Below are positions 38,591 through 50,210 of a DNA stretch of 64,000 nt, piece after piece. The stretch spans positions 143,220,001-143,284,000 of the forward strand of contig NC_042997.1 in NCBI RefSeq assembly GCF_006345805.1, read 5' to 3'. The DNA is from Octopus sinensis. Its lineage: Eukaryota. A model generated the notes under the pieces. The model searched no databases and had not been told where the DNA came from. It was given only the letters and a program-made list of their open reading frames with translations. Within the stretch, counting starts at the first letter, position 1. Every line of letters starts with the position of its first letter. The position numbers and the translations under genes are program-made.

Positions 38591-40624
38591 TGATATACAT
38601 ATACAGGGTGCGGCAGAAGTAATGCCTTTTTGTATTTGAGTTTTCTAATTTCTAATTGAGTTTCTTTTTTATTTCCTAAAACTTCTGTGATTTTTTTTAT
38701 TAGTTTATTATTCGTTTCTTTAAGTAATGCAATAAATTTGTACTCAATTAAAAATTACTTAATAAGCATTTATATACTAAAAAAATTATTAAATGCAAAA
38801 AGGGCATACATACGTACATACATACATACATACATACATACAAGCTGAGAGGATGTAAACTCAAACTTTTTTCTCCTTCTCTGCCCCCTGACAAGGGATT
38901 GAATCCAAAACAGATATTCCACTCCTCATGGCAAGTTCACTTTCACTTTTCTCTCTCTCTCTCTCTCACCCCCACACCCTCTCTCTATCTCTGTCTCTCT
39001 CTCTATATATATATAAACACACACACACACATGAAATCAACTTTAGAAGCTCCAAGGAAGTCATAAGGTGATGCACAAGCACTCAGCTCTGAATGCACTG
39101 CATCTCATAGCAGAAACAGCCATAAACTAATGAAGTCAACTGTGTACTTTCAGTTCCCTTATCATATATTGAATTTTGTATTACACTCTGTACTCACCAA
39201 ACACTTTATTCTGGAGTATATGCTCATTGAGTTCTAATAGCAGGTTATTAATATCACTATGCCTAAATGAAACCTCAATATATATACATATATATAAACA
39301 CACACACACACAGACATTAGAGCATTGAGCTTAATGATTGTGAGGTTGTGAGTTTGATTTCCGTACCTGGCTGCGTGTTGTGTTCTTAAGCAAGACACTT
39401 TATTTCATGTTGCTCCAGTTCACTCAGCTGTAGAAATGAGTTGCAACATCACTGGTGCCAAGCTGTATCGGCCTTTGCCTTTACCATGGATAACATCAGT
39501 GGCATGGCGAGTGGAGGTCAGGTGACTGCTGGCCTTCCACAAACACCCTTGCCCGGACTTGTGCCTCAGAGGGTAACTTTCTAGGTGCAATCCCATGATC
39601 ATTCATGACCGAAGGGGGTCTCCTATATATATATATATATATATATGTATAGCTACAGACAAAAAAAAGTGGGGGAAGTACATTTGTTAACAATAACATA
39701 AATTGCTAATTTATTTTTAAGTGGCAGTTTACGTGTCAACTAGTTCAAAAGTGTGAGCAATGCAAGTTAAGAGAAAGAAAATTAATAAAAGATAAAAGCT
39801 AATATACTGAAAACAGAAGAGACTGAAGCAAGTTGTAGTAGAGTTAATGTTAAATAGGTACAAAGATAACAATGGGGATTATTTTATATCTGGGATCTTT
39901 TGGCTGCATCTGTGGAATTTTCAAAGTTTAGTAAAAAATTTTAAAATTTGGTGTATTGATGTAATTTTCTATGCTGAATTTCAAGAGATAATTCAATTTT
40001 TCCAGAATATTAAAAAAAAAGTTACAGAGGTTTAAAGTTTGATTATTTTTACCCAGTAAGAAAACAGGATTTGGAAGCTGTTATTTTGTGCATGACAGCA
40101 CTTTGTCAACTGTAACCAAATGAAATATTGGCAAAATTCTGCTTTACACACATCACATAACCCCTCATAACTTATTTATTTTTTGGAATTTTCAGAAAAG
40201 TTTTGTGAATTTGTATTTTACACATGGGAATTCATACAATTGTGCAAAAACCAAAACAAAAAGTTGAAAAATATTTGATTGACTTAAGGTCTATTTAGCT
40301 GTTATTTTTATCACATCTCATACTGCATGTGCTTTAAGCATTTAATAAGCAACAAAAAGATCATGTGGAAAGCTTGGTTTGTTACTATGGAAACAAGCAC
40401 CTATATATGTCTGTGGCTTTCAATTGGGTAAAATTACCTAAAATTTGAAAACTTCCAAAGCTATTAAATCTTTATTTATTGATTTATGGCAAAAATGAAT
40501 TTCATGTCAATGATTACTTTACAAAACTACACCAATATACGAAGCATGAAATCAATTAGAATAAAAATTGAAGAAATTGAAAAGTGACAGCCAAACAGAA
40601 AAGATCCTTTCGCTGTTAATTTAA

Positions 40625-40821
40625 CCCTTTTGTTACCATATTTCTCTTAACATATACTGCCTTTGTCCCAATTAATTTCTAAAATAATGAAGTATTTAGT
40701 AAAATACTGGAATGATTTAACATAAAATTTTGATGGAAGATTATAATTTAGACAGCTTTAAAATAATAGTAAGTTTGTCGTAGAATATGGGGCAGTCTCA
40801 GGCAGGTTGGTATCAAAAGGG
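40625..40821. mobile_element. piggyBac-like MITE
   Basis: TTAA|CCCTTTTGTTACCA ... TGGTATCAAAAGGG|TTAA (13/14 TIR match, TTAA TSD). Confidence 0.85.
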
Positions 40822-43410
40822 TTAAAGATGTTACAGTAACATGGCTTGTGGTAGTGAAGGCAAAACAATGGGGGAAGTTTTCCTTGGGCAATTTAAGTTA
40901 CATACCAGTAAATTTGTAAAATTAGCAATTCAGATGACATCTAACAAAATTCTTATACAATTGGCATTCTCCCCTGATACTAAAAAGGTTCTCCACCTCT
41001 GTTCTTCAGTGTTTTATTTTCCTGATGGTATTAGCAATGTGAAAGAGATAAAACTATTTTAATTGGGAAAGAAAACTAAAGAACAAAACCGGTTCACCAG
41101 TAGGCTACTGCCAAAGTCAGGTCCCTGTATTAAGTCCAAGTGAATTAACAGTGCAGTTTATTCTACAATCCTCGCTGGTGTTCTTGATCAGAAGAAACCT
41201 GGGAGTTGTGTCAGTTAAGCTGTAATTCCATTCTTCTCAATATCTTAGGTTTCTGAACCTTAGATACTGGTGATGGATGCAGTTTAAAGTCATACCTCAG
41301 GACACTAATTAATTTGCATAAACATGAAGCTTTAGATCATGTACTCAATATTATGTTTCCCATATGGAGTATATCTATTTTCTGAATCCATATACCAAAA
41401 TGTTTGGCTAAAAGATTGTGGGTTCACCATTCTGTTGTCTCATACAAACCACTCAACTCATCTTTATTCTACTGGTTAAGCAACAGACACTGATCATGGA
41501 AATGAAAGATTGTTTTTAAATCTAATTCTTGATCATTGGCTTATGATGTGTATTTCTATGCTGGTATAGCTTGGACACCCCTACAATAGCTCTCCTTGAA
41601 TATCAGTCCTGTATCTGAACCAATGAGGAAGCCTCTACAACAGGGGTTAACAACCTGGGATATGAGATGACATTTCAGGGGGTGCATCAAAGAGGGAAAG
41701 TATATACTTTATTAAAATAACTTTCTGGAATAAAATTATTAACTTATTCTTTAAAATATTTTTCCTCAATTTAAAACAGCGAGAACTTTTTGTGGTTTAA
41801 TATTACAGATATAGGTAAGGTGGCAAGGTGGCAGAATCGTTAGCATGCCTGGCAAAATGCTTAGCAGCATTTCATCCATCTTTATGTTCTGAGTTCAAAT
41901 TCTGCCATTTTTGACTTTACATTTCATCCTTTCAGGGTCAATAAAATAAGTACCACTTGAGCACTGGGGTCAATATAATCGACTTAACACCTTCCCTGAA
42001 GTTGCTGGCCTTGTATTGAAACTTGAAACCAATATTACAGATATAATAGTTATTAAAAATTGACTTCTTCAAATGTGATATTATTTTTGAAGGGGATGCA
42101 AAAATTAATCAAATATTTCCTTGGAGGCAGGGCATAGGAAAGGTTGGGAATTACCACGTTATATGGCCAGTAAACCATCTAGAAATAGCAGCCAAATCAC
42201 ATCCTGTCACCCTAAAAAAAAGCCTGCAATGTAGTTCATCATTTACAAAACAAGACGGTCATGGCTGGAAGCATGACCATCACATTTGGCAAATCTTCCT
42301 CAAATCTCAACAATAAAGGGCACATTAGGCAATGTAGTCCACCATATACGAATTGGGATGGTCATATCTGGAATACTTTTGGTTATAGTTGTGCATAATT
42401 AGTTTCTAAGCAGCAACAACAACCATTTAGCATTTCTCCCATTAAACCCAACATTCTCATTTCTATTCTGTCTACTTCTTCATATCCCTTCTTTTATTGA
42501 TTTATGGAAGGATCTCCTCCATTCCACCCCACTCCAGCATGAATCATACATTCTCATAACATGTCTGAACCTAATGAAATCATTTCGCTTGTAATCTACT
42601 AAAGCCTTAGATACCAAGTCACTTTTACAATTATTTGCACTCAACCATTTTCATGAGCGAACATATCTAATGTGATTGGAACTATTACATCACACATCAT
42701 GGACGATAGAGATGGGTGGAGGATCAGGGTCTCATACAAATTCAAGCAAGCTCAATACGATTATAATGATTAACCTCATCTTCAGAGATGAAATATTGTT
42801 TTTAATATTTACATCCACAAGGGTGTTGGATTAGCAGAATTGCTAGAGTGTCAAATAAAATGCTTTTTGGCATTTAGTAATGGTACTTTACATTCTGAGT
42901 TCAAACAGTGCCAAATTCACATTTGCCTTTCACTCTTCTGAGAAGTTGGGGTGAAATAAAATAAAGTACTAGTAATGTCCAAGGGTCGCTAAAATTGATA
43001 ATATTCCTTTCCTAAATTTCAGCCATGTACCTGTGTGACTAATCAATATTTACATCTACTTTCCACTATGGTTGACATTGCCTTTCATCCTTCTGAGGTT
43101 GATAAGTACCAGTTGTGTCCTAGGGTCGAAGTAATTGACTTATCCTGCCCCAAAATTGCTGGCCTTGTGCCAAAATATGAAATTAATATTTACATCTACA
43201 TTATGATGATGAATATATATATATATATATATATAACGTAAGGGGTATCAGCCATCTGAATGTGGCTAGCCACTGGGGGTGGGGTGGGGGGTGTTACTGA
43301 TGCTTTTAGCCCCAGGCGATCAACGTCACCAGAAGGACTTTAGACACTATCTCAGTGTCCTTGTGTTACTTGCAAAGGGAGGTCATCCTCCCTCGAAGAC
43401 TCGAGTACTA

Positions 43411-43455
43411 CATACGGACTATAGTTTCAAGGTAATTGCCTCTCGTCAACGCATG
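43411..43455 (-). ncRNA. Minimal type I hammerhead ribozyme (inverted copy)
   Basis: Exact reverse complement of 43765-43809. Confidence 0.8.
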
Positions 43456-43764
43456 GTAAGCACTGGTCTTCGATGAAGGAGTCCCCTCGCAAGTAATATA
43501 TAATGTTTTTCACAGTAACCACTGTCACTGATGTAGAAAAACTGTCTCGCCTGGGCTAAAAGCATCAGTAACCCCCCCCCCCCAGTGGCTAGTCACATTC
43601 AGATGGCTGATACCCCTTACGTTGTCGAGCGGTTACTGTTTATATCTCGTTCAGAGATTTATTATTGTTTTCAGACAGTTTTTCTACATCAGTGACAGTG
43701 GTTACTGTGAAAAACATTATATATTACTTGCGAGGGGACTCCTTCATCAAAGACCAGTGCTTAC

Positions 43765-43809
43765 CATGCGTTGACGAGAGGCAATTACCTTGAAACTATA
43801 GTCCGTATG
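43765..43809 (+). ncRNA. Minimal type I hammerhead ribozyme
   Basis: Stem I CAUGCG/CGUAUG; core UUGACGA; stem II G-AGG-CAAUUA-CCU-U; GAAA; stem III C-UAUA-G with palindromic loop; GUC cleavage triplet at 43801-43803. U rather than C at core position 3. Confidence 0.8.
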
Positions 43810-44020
43810 TAGTACTCGGGTCTTCGAAGGAGGATGACCTCCCTTTGCAAGTAACACAAGGACACTGAGATAGTGTCTAAAGTCCTTCTGGTGACGTTGA
43901 TCGCCTGGGGCTAAAAGCATCAGTAACCCCCCCCCCCCAGTGGCTAGCCACATTCAGATGGCTGATACCCCTTATGTTGTCGAGCGGTTACTGTTTATAT
44001 CTCGTTCAGAGATTTATTAT

Positions 44021-44070
<50 letters not shown>

Positions 44071-45869
44071 AACAGAACACTAAAAATGTAATTAGATAAA
44101 CATTAAAAAATCCTGCATAGTAATGGCTAGAATTCCTTATGAAGAATAACTAGCATAATTCTAGCATGGTAGGGGAGAACAACTGCTGGGATGGAGTAGA
44201 GAGCAAAGGTCATATTGATAAAGATTCTACTAATGTAAAGATCAAAATTTTTATTTGGCTTATTTTACTGCTAACACACAGAGTTGTAAAATTAAAATCC
44301 AAGTTTTATAGCTAGAGTTAGTCAAAAGAATCACCCAATTAGCTAAAAATATAGCTATATGATAATATAAAAATAGATTAAAATATAAGATACTTTTTAA
44401 AAGAAAATAATAATGTTTTCATGAAAAGGGCTGTCAAAACTTGTTCAGATTGTTTATTTTATGACTTTTTTGATAATGCTATTTTATTTTAATGACTAGA
44501 GTAGATTGAACTAACAAATATTTTGGCATTTCTAGACCTATTTCTGTATTTGTATTGATATAAACCAGCAAAGGTTTGTGACCAAATGATAAAGGTATTC
44601 GACTCATGATCATAAGGTTGTGATTTCAATACCCAGAAGTGTATTGTGTGCCTGAGCAAGGTGCTTTATTTTACATTATTCTAGTCAACTCAACTAGCAA
44701 AAATGAGTTGTACCTGTATTTTAAAGGACCAGCCATGTCACATTCTGTGACATGCTGAATCTCCCCATGAACTATGTTAAGGGAATATGTGCTTGTGGAA
44801 TACTCAGCCACTTGCACATTAATTTCACGAGCAGACTGTTCTGTTGTTCAGATCAATTGGAATCCTCATCATAGTAACTGATGGAGCACCAGTTTTTTAT
44901 TAATAAATGTTGACATTGTTCCTTTAATTAGTGAAGTTTTGTCAGGGTGTTCTTAATGAACAATATTTATTATTTTATTAAACCAAGCCTTATAAATTAA
45001 AAAAACACAAATTTCAGCTCCATTTTATTTTTGAACTTTGATTAACATTATTTCTGCTACTAAAGATTCTTTGGTACAGTAACAAGGAACTACCAATGTT
45101 GAAATAGTATAGTCTGTAAAGAATTTAAAGGAATTATACCCAGAAACATCTTTATATTGAGAATTTCTACTCACCCAAAAGTTAGTAATAGTTTTATTGA
45201 CCTTGTTCAACAAATGAAGGTTCATATATATATAATGATGGATTACCAAAACGGGAAACCTCTCTGATGAAGATATATTTTTTGTCCTGATGTGGATTTA
45301 TTCTTACATTATTTTGGATTCCTTTTCCTTTTAGACTTGATGATGGATGTTATCCTGGATTCACGTTACATTTCTTCATATATTGACTAGTGACCAGGAC
45401 CTTTGGAAATATGCTGTGCTTGAGAAGACTCGGCAAGCGTAAGTGAGACCATAACCTTGTGGCCTGTGCCAGGGGTGTAACCAGTCCACTTATGCATACC
45501 TTTCCTTCATTGGACACTGATATAAGAAATTTTAAACTGAGTAGAGGATATTCTGCAGAAGCCTGAGACACATTTAACTGAAGTAACATGCACATCTAAT
45601 TAAAATAAGTGAAGGAAAACAGATGTAAAATGATGATGATATCAAATTTTAAAGATTTCACCATCCCATCAGCATCAGAGTTATGTATTTCCACTAGAGC
45701 AAGATATGTAAGGACATGACTAATATGTGTCATTTACTTCATTAACCATTAAGCAAAAAGTTAACTTCGATAACTGCTAATCAGTTAATTCTTTAAAAAT
45801 GTAACAGAAATTACTGATAAACTGTTAATATTAATTTTTATTATAGAAAAATACAAAAAACAGTTTTTG

Positions 45870-46076
45870 CTCTAAAAACACCTTTAAAAAGTGCCAAAAC
45901 TATAAAATCAACCTTTTTTAGCCTTTTTAAGGGCTTTAAAACCCCAAGACTATTTTTTTTTTGCTTTAGAGTTAAGAAATACTGATTTTATAGTTCTAAC
46001 TTTTAAAAAGGCCTAAAAAAGGGTGATTTCATAGTTTTAGCCCTTTTTTGTTTTAGGGTTTTAAAGGCTTTTAGAG
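45870..46076. repeat. Imperfect inverted repeat adjacent to the hAT relic
   Basis: aaaactataaaatcaaccttttttagcctttttaa vs ttaaaaaggcctaaaaaagggtgatttcatagtttt; outer ctctaaaa/ttttagag. Confidence 0.6.
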
Positions 46077-46200
46077 CCAGAAAAAGGTAAAAAGAAAAAC
46101 TCAAATGTAACACAATATTAGTAGTAAACTAAAAAGGTTTATTGATAAAGTGACTGTAAAAAATATTTTTTAAAAATTAAAAACATGATATATACATAAT

Positions 46201-46734
46201 TTAATTTTTTCTCTTCTTCTTGTTCCCCATTTTGTTCATGAGATGCATGTTGCCCTCCATGAACATTAGCATGCCAAAGTTTTCATCAGACAGGAATGAT
46301 CTCTTGACCCTCAAGATGTCCTTGCCCATAGAAAACAAATGCTCCACTGCAGCACTGAAGGCGATGGCTGTGTTGAACTTGATGAACAAGTCCACCATCT
46401 CCTGCTACTCTCTTTTGGCTGGGTGACACCACTGAAGAAGTCATCCGCCTCCTCTTCATTGTTACTGCCTCCACTGTTGTTGCTCACTTCATCAGACTGC
46501 TGCCTCATGGCCTCCTCGACCTTACCCTCCATGCTTTTTCTCCCTTTGGCAACCTTGGTGTTGTTATACTTATCCAACCAGATAATGTGAAACCTGAGGT
46601 GGAAGGCAGCAGCCAGCTGGCATTCCTCATCCTCCAGGAGGGTCGTAAATCTTTTGTTGATGCCTGCTAAAAGTGCATCAACCAAGGCTGCAGTAGGATC
46701 TTGTCAAGCACTTTGGCCACAGGTGACATGACCT
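46201..46734 (-). mobile_element. hAT (Ac/hobo-type) transposase C-terminal relic
   Basis: VMSPVAKVLD; LVDALLAGINKRF...CQLAAAFHLRF; LFIKFNTAIAFSAAVEHLFSMGKDILRVKRSFLSDENFGMLMFMEGN (SAAVERLFS...KR..LSD..FE.L.F motif). Frameshifts between the parts. Confidence 0.85.
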
Positions 46735-46947
46735 GAAAATAAAATAATAGAGAATTAGCAAATTTGTAGGGAAACAGACTAGTAAAAAATATATTGTCAA
46801 ATCAAATATTAATATCAATTTTATAATTTAGTATCTATAATATTATTTTAGCATTATATTAACAATTAATATATAATATAATATATGTTTTGAAGGATTT
46901 ATAGTACAATATGTGTCTATTGTTAGTGAGAACTCATTCATCTACAT

Positions 46948-47205
46948 CAGTGGTTCTCGATCAGGTTCCTTATGGCCCTTTAGGGAGTCCATACAAGATT
47001 TTTTTGTTAAAATTTACAAGCAATAAATTGCTTATACTCTTACAATACACCAAATATTTCAACAATGTTTTTAAATACAATTCCTAATAATATTTAATTA
47101 TGAAAATATAATAGTCTTTTTTAAACATCAAATGACTATGAGGGTCCAACAGAGTAAAATAATAAACAAAGGGGTCTATTGATTAAAAGTGATTAAGAAC
47201 TACTG
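46948..47205. mobile_element. hAT-Charlie-like MITE
   Basis: CAGTGGTTCTC ... AAGAACTACTG. Related to 47510-47741 and to the fragment at ~15798-15870. Confidence 0.65.
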
Positions 47206-47509
47206 AACTCCATAGTAAGCACAGTGGAGTTTTTAAAATTTGAAATCACTATGGTGTGTCTTTGTATTTGGTGGTGGTGGTGGTGGTGGTGGTGGTGGGG
47301 GTTTACAAAAGTCTGTAGTTTAAAAGATTAAAAGTAAAGCTGTACCTATTAAACAACTGTTTCCTCAACACAAAGTAAAACCAAACCAATTTCCTGTTTA
47401 CAGTACTAGAAGATACGATGATTCGTAGAAAAAGCTAAAGTGAAACTTACAAAACTGAAAGATTTGCATTCTTTGTTTTGTGTAAGTTTTTGGAAAAATA
47501 TATTTAAAA

Positions 47510-47741
47510 CAGTGATTCTCAGCTGGGTTCCATGAAATTTTGTTGTTAAAATCTATGTGCAATAAATTGGTTACACTTCTACAGTACACAAAATATTTTA
47601 ATAATTTTTTATACAATTCTTAATAATATTTAATTATAAAAGTATAATAGGATTTTTTAAAACATTGAATGACTCAGAGGGTCCATCAGAGTTAAACAAG
47701 AATTAAAGGTCCATAGATAAAAAAATAGTTGAGAACCACTG
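47510..47741. mobile_element. hAT-Charlie-like MITE
   Basis: CAGTGATTCTCAGC ... GTTGAGAACCACTG; 8-bp flanks atttaaaa / atataaaa (7/8). Confidence 0.8.
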
Positions 47742-48365
47742 ATATAAAATAATCTATTCTGAAAATGATAAAACATATTTTCTCTATTAAAAAATAAATG
47801 ATACATTTATTCATCCCAACAAGTGAAACTTAGAAAACTGGAAGCCTTACATTTTTTGTAAAAAAAATATAGGTGTTGGCTGTGTGGTAAGAAGTTTGCA
47901 TCTCAGTCATGTGGTTTTGGGTTCAGTCCCACTGTATGGCATCATTTGCAAGCATCTTCTACTATAACCCAGGGCTGCCTTGTGAGTGAATTTAGTAGAC
48001 AAAAACTGAAAGAGGCCTGACATACATAGATAATTATGTGGATAAACAAATTAGATATATTAAATATATATATTTAATATATTTGATGTATCTAATTTGT
48101 TTATTTGCATAATTGCCTCTATACCTGCTCAACTTGATCCCTCTTATAGCCTTTCTTTACCTTGTGGAATGATCCCCTGTAAAAACATCAGAGTCTAAGT
48201 TTGAATCATTTGAGCACTACTAAGTGTCTTGTTCTGTATGAAAAATCTCTGGATTTCATCTGGGAACTATATCTGTGTGTGTGTGTGTGTGTGTGCATTA
48301 ATTAAAATGAGACAACAAAGCCAAGGCAGTGTGAAATTTCAAGGACATTTATAAAAAGAAGGGTA

Positions 48366-48413
48366 GTCTTACAGCTGTTTCAGGGATATGAGGGATATCT
48401 CTTCATCAGAGAC
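48366..48413 (-). ncRNA. Canonical-core minimal type I hammerhead ribozyme in a Penelope-like pLTR fragment
   Basis: Minus: GUCU-CUGAUGA-AGAGAUAU-CCCUC-AUAUCCCU-GAAA-C-AGCU-GUA-AGAC. Stem I 4 bp, stem II 7/8 pairs, palindromic stem III loop AGCU, GUA cleavage triplet. Confidence 0.8.
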
Positions 48414-49841
48414 AATATGAAAGAGTTAAATAGAGGGGAAATAGTAGAGTTCAATATAAGAAGTTATTTTGGAAAGGGAGAGATATAGGAAGTATAAAGG
48501 AAACTAAGACAATAAAAATAAAAATATATGTTGGATGTTAGTTGCAGTTTCATTATATACATTCACACACACGGGATGTTTGGGCTAAATTCGACAGTTT
48601 GTATAAAAGGAAAAGTGATGATGTTTATTTCCAGTCTTCTGTGAAAACATGCCAAATCAAGGGGAATTATTACCTAATTTGGAAAGAGAGGAGTGTTGGT
48701 GACAACAAGAGTAGCTGGCCATAGAAAATCTGCCTGAATAAAATTATATCTGACTCATTCATGCATGGAAAAGTAGACATTAAAATGATGATGATTTAAA
48801 ACAATATATTTTAAAAATGATAAGATATTTATCTACTCTGAAAATTATATTAATATAATTTTCTATCTACTATGAAAATTATATTAAAAATGGAACAATT
48901 ATTTTCCAACTACATTTCAAAATTAATGAAAATAATATATTTTAAAAACAACAATATCATTTATTAAAAAAAAATTCTATATTTAAAATGGTGATGAATC
49001 TCACAAGATTGGATTGACTGTAGACTATGGTAAAAGATCCATGTTCAAGATACTACACAGTGGGATTAAACCTGGAGCTTTGTGACTGATGTGAACTTTC
49101 AAACTATCTGGCTATACTATATGGTCTGACTATGACCCAAAGAATGGAGTCACTATAAAGCACATAGAGAGTATGTACCAGGAAACAAAGATGAAAATGC
49201 AGAACCATTATGGGAAAGGCAAAAACAGGTGCCAGGACATTTGACCAAAATTATATGATTCAAGTGAGTAGGGCACATTAAGGATATCCTATTTAAAATT
49301 ATCAGGAAGGTATAGCTTTCATAAAATTTCTTTTTTTTTAGTATATATCATTTCCTCATTTTTTTAAATGTTGCTTTTACTTTGAAAGGAACAAGAGATG
49401 ACTGTTTTATAGTTTTTAATAAGTATTGTTTAACCATTGTCATCATCTCTTCATTTAACATCCACTTTTCCACACTTGCATGGGTCAAATGGAATTTGTT
49501 GAGGCAAAGTTTTTTACAGTCAAATGCCCTTCCTGTTGTCAGCCTTCATCTGTTTTCAAGCAAGGTAATATTTTCCCATAGCTAGACATGCTTTTCACAG
49601 AAGACTGGAAATGAACAACCATGCTTGTATGATGATGATGATGCTTATTTACAACCATCATGATCACTCTCATGATCATATATATATATCATCATCATTT
49701 AATGTCCGTTGTTCATGCTGGCATGGGTTGAACGGTTTGATGAGAAATGGCAAGCTGAACCACACTCCAGTTTCTATGGCTGGATGCTCTTCCTAATGCC
49801 AACAACTTTACTGAATGTGCTGGGTGATATATATATATATA

Positions 49842-50210
49842 GGCGCAGGAGTGGCTGTGTGGTAAGGAGCTTGCTTACCAACCACATGGTTCCGGGTTCA
49901 GTCCCACTGTGTGGCACCTTGGGCAAGTGTCTTCTACTATAGCCTTGGGCCACCCAAAGCCTTGTGAGTGGATTTGGTAGACGGAAACTGAAAAGAAGCC
50001 TGTTGTATATATGTGTGTGTGTGCTTGTGTCCCCAGCATCACTTGACAATTGATGCTGGTGTGCTTACGTCCCCGTAACTTAGCGGTTCAGCAAAAGAGA
50101 CCGATAGAATAAGTACTAGGCTAGCAAAGAATAAGTCCTGGGGTTGATTTGTTCTTCTAAAGGCAGTGCTCCAGCATAGCCGCAGTCAAATGACTGAAAC
50201 AAGTAGAAGA
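49842..50210 (+). mobile_element. tRNA-derived SINE, family B (CORE-like; resembles octopus OR-type SINEs), followed by its usual companion segment
   Basis: ggcgcaggagtggctgtgtggtaag...gggttcagtccc...ggcaccttgggcaagtgtcttc (CORE-like accttgggcaagt). About 20 other copies, e.g. 4810-4960(-), 9630-9800, 12230-12390(-), 24660-24810, 27415-27570, 28120-28500, 31510-31670, 37030-37180(-), 47870-48020, 50230-50600, 55315-55470, 58490-58640(-), 59205-59350. Confidence 0.85.

Larger units (their letters stand above)
43235..44026. mobile_element. Non-autonomous hammerhead-containing retroelement (Penelope pLTR / retrozyme-like), inverted + tandem units
   Basis: Order X-Y (43235-43546), X'-Z (43547-43671), Y'-X'-Z (43674-44026). 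Tandem period 354 bp. (TA)n on both flanks. Confidence 0.8.

Noticed and set aside
43279-43953. Two near-identical ~65-aa ORFs on opposite strands
   Set aside because: Consequence of the inverted repeat; antisense to the ribozyme strand; no recognisable domain.
45264-45290. CTGATGAAG motifs here and at ~58232 as hammerhead cores
   Set aside because: No stem II followed by GAAA and no stems I/III.
48032-48114. AT-rich ~83-bp hairpin
   Set aside because: Very low complexity with a (TA)n centre; most simply a microsatellite-associated fold-back.
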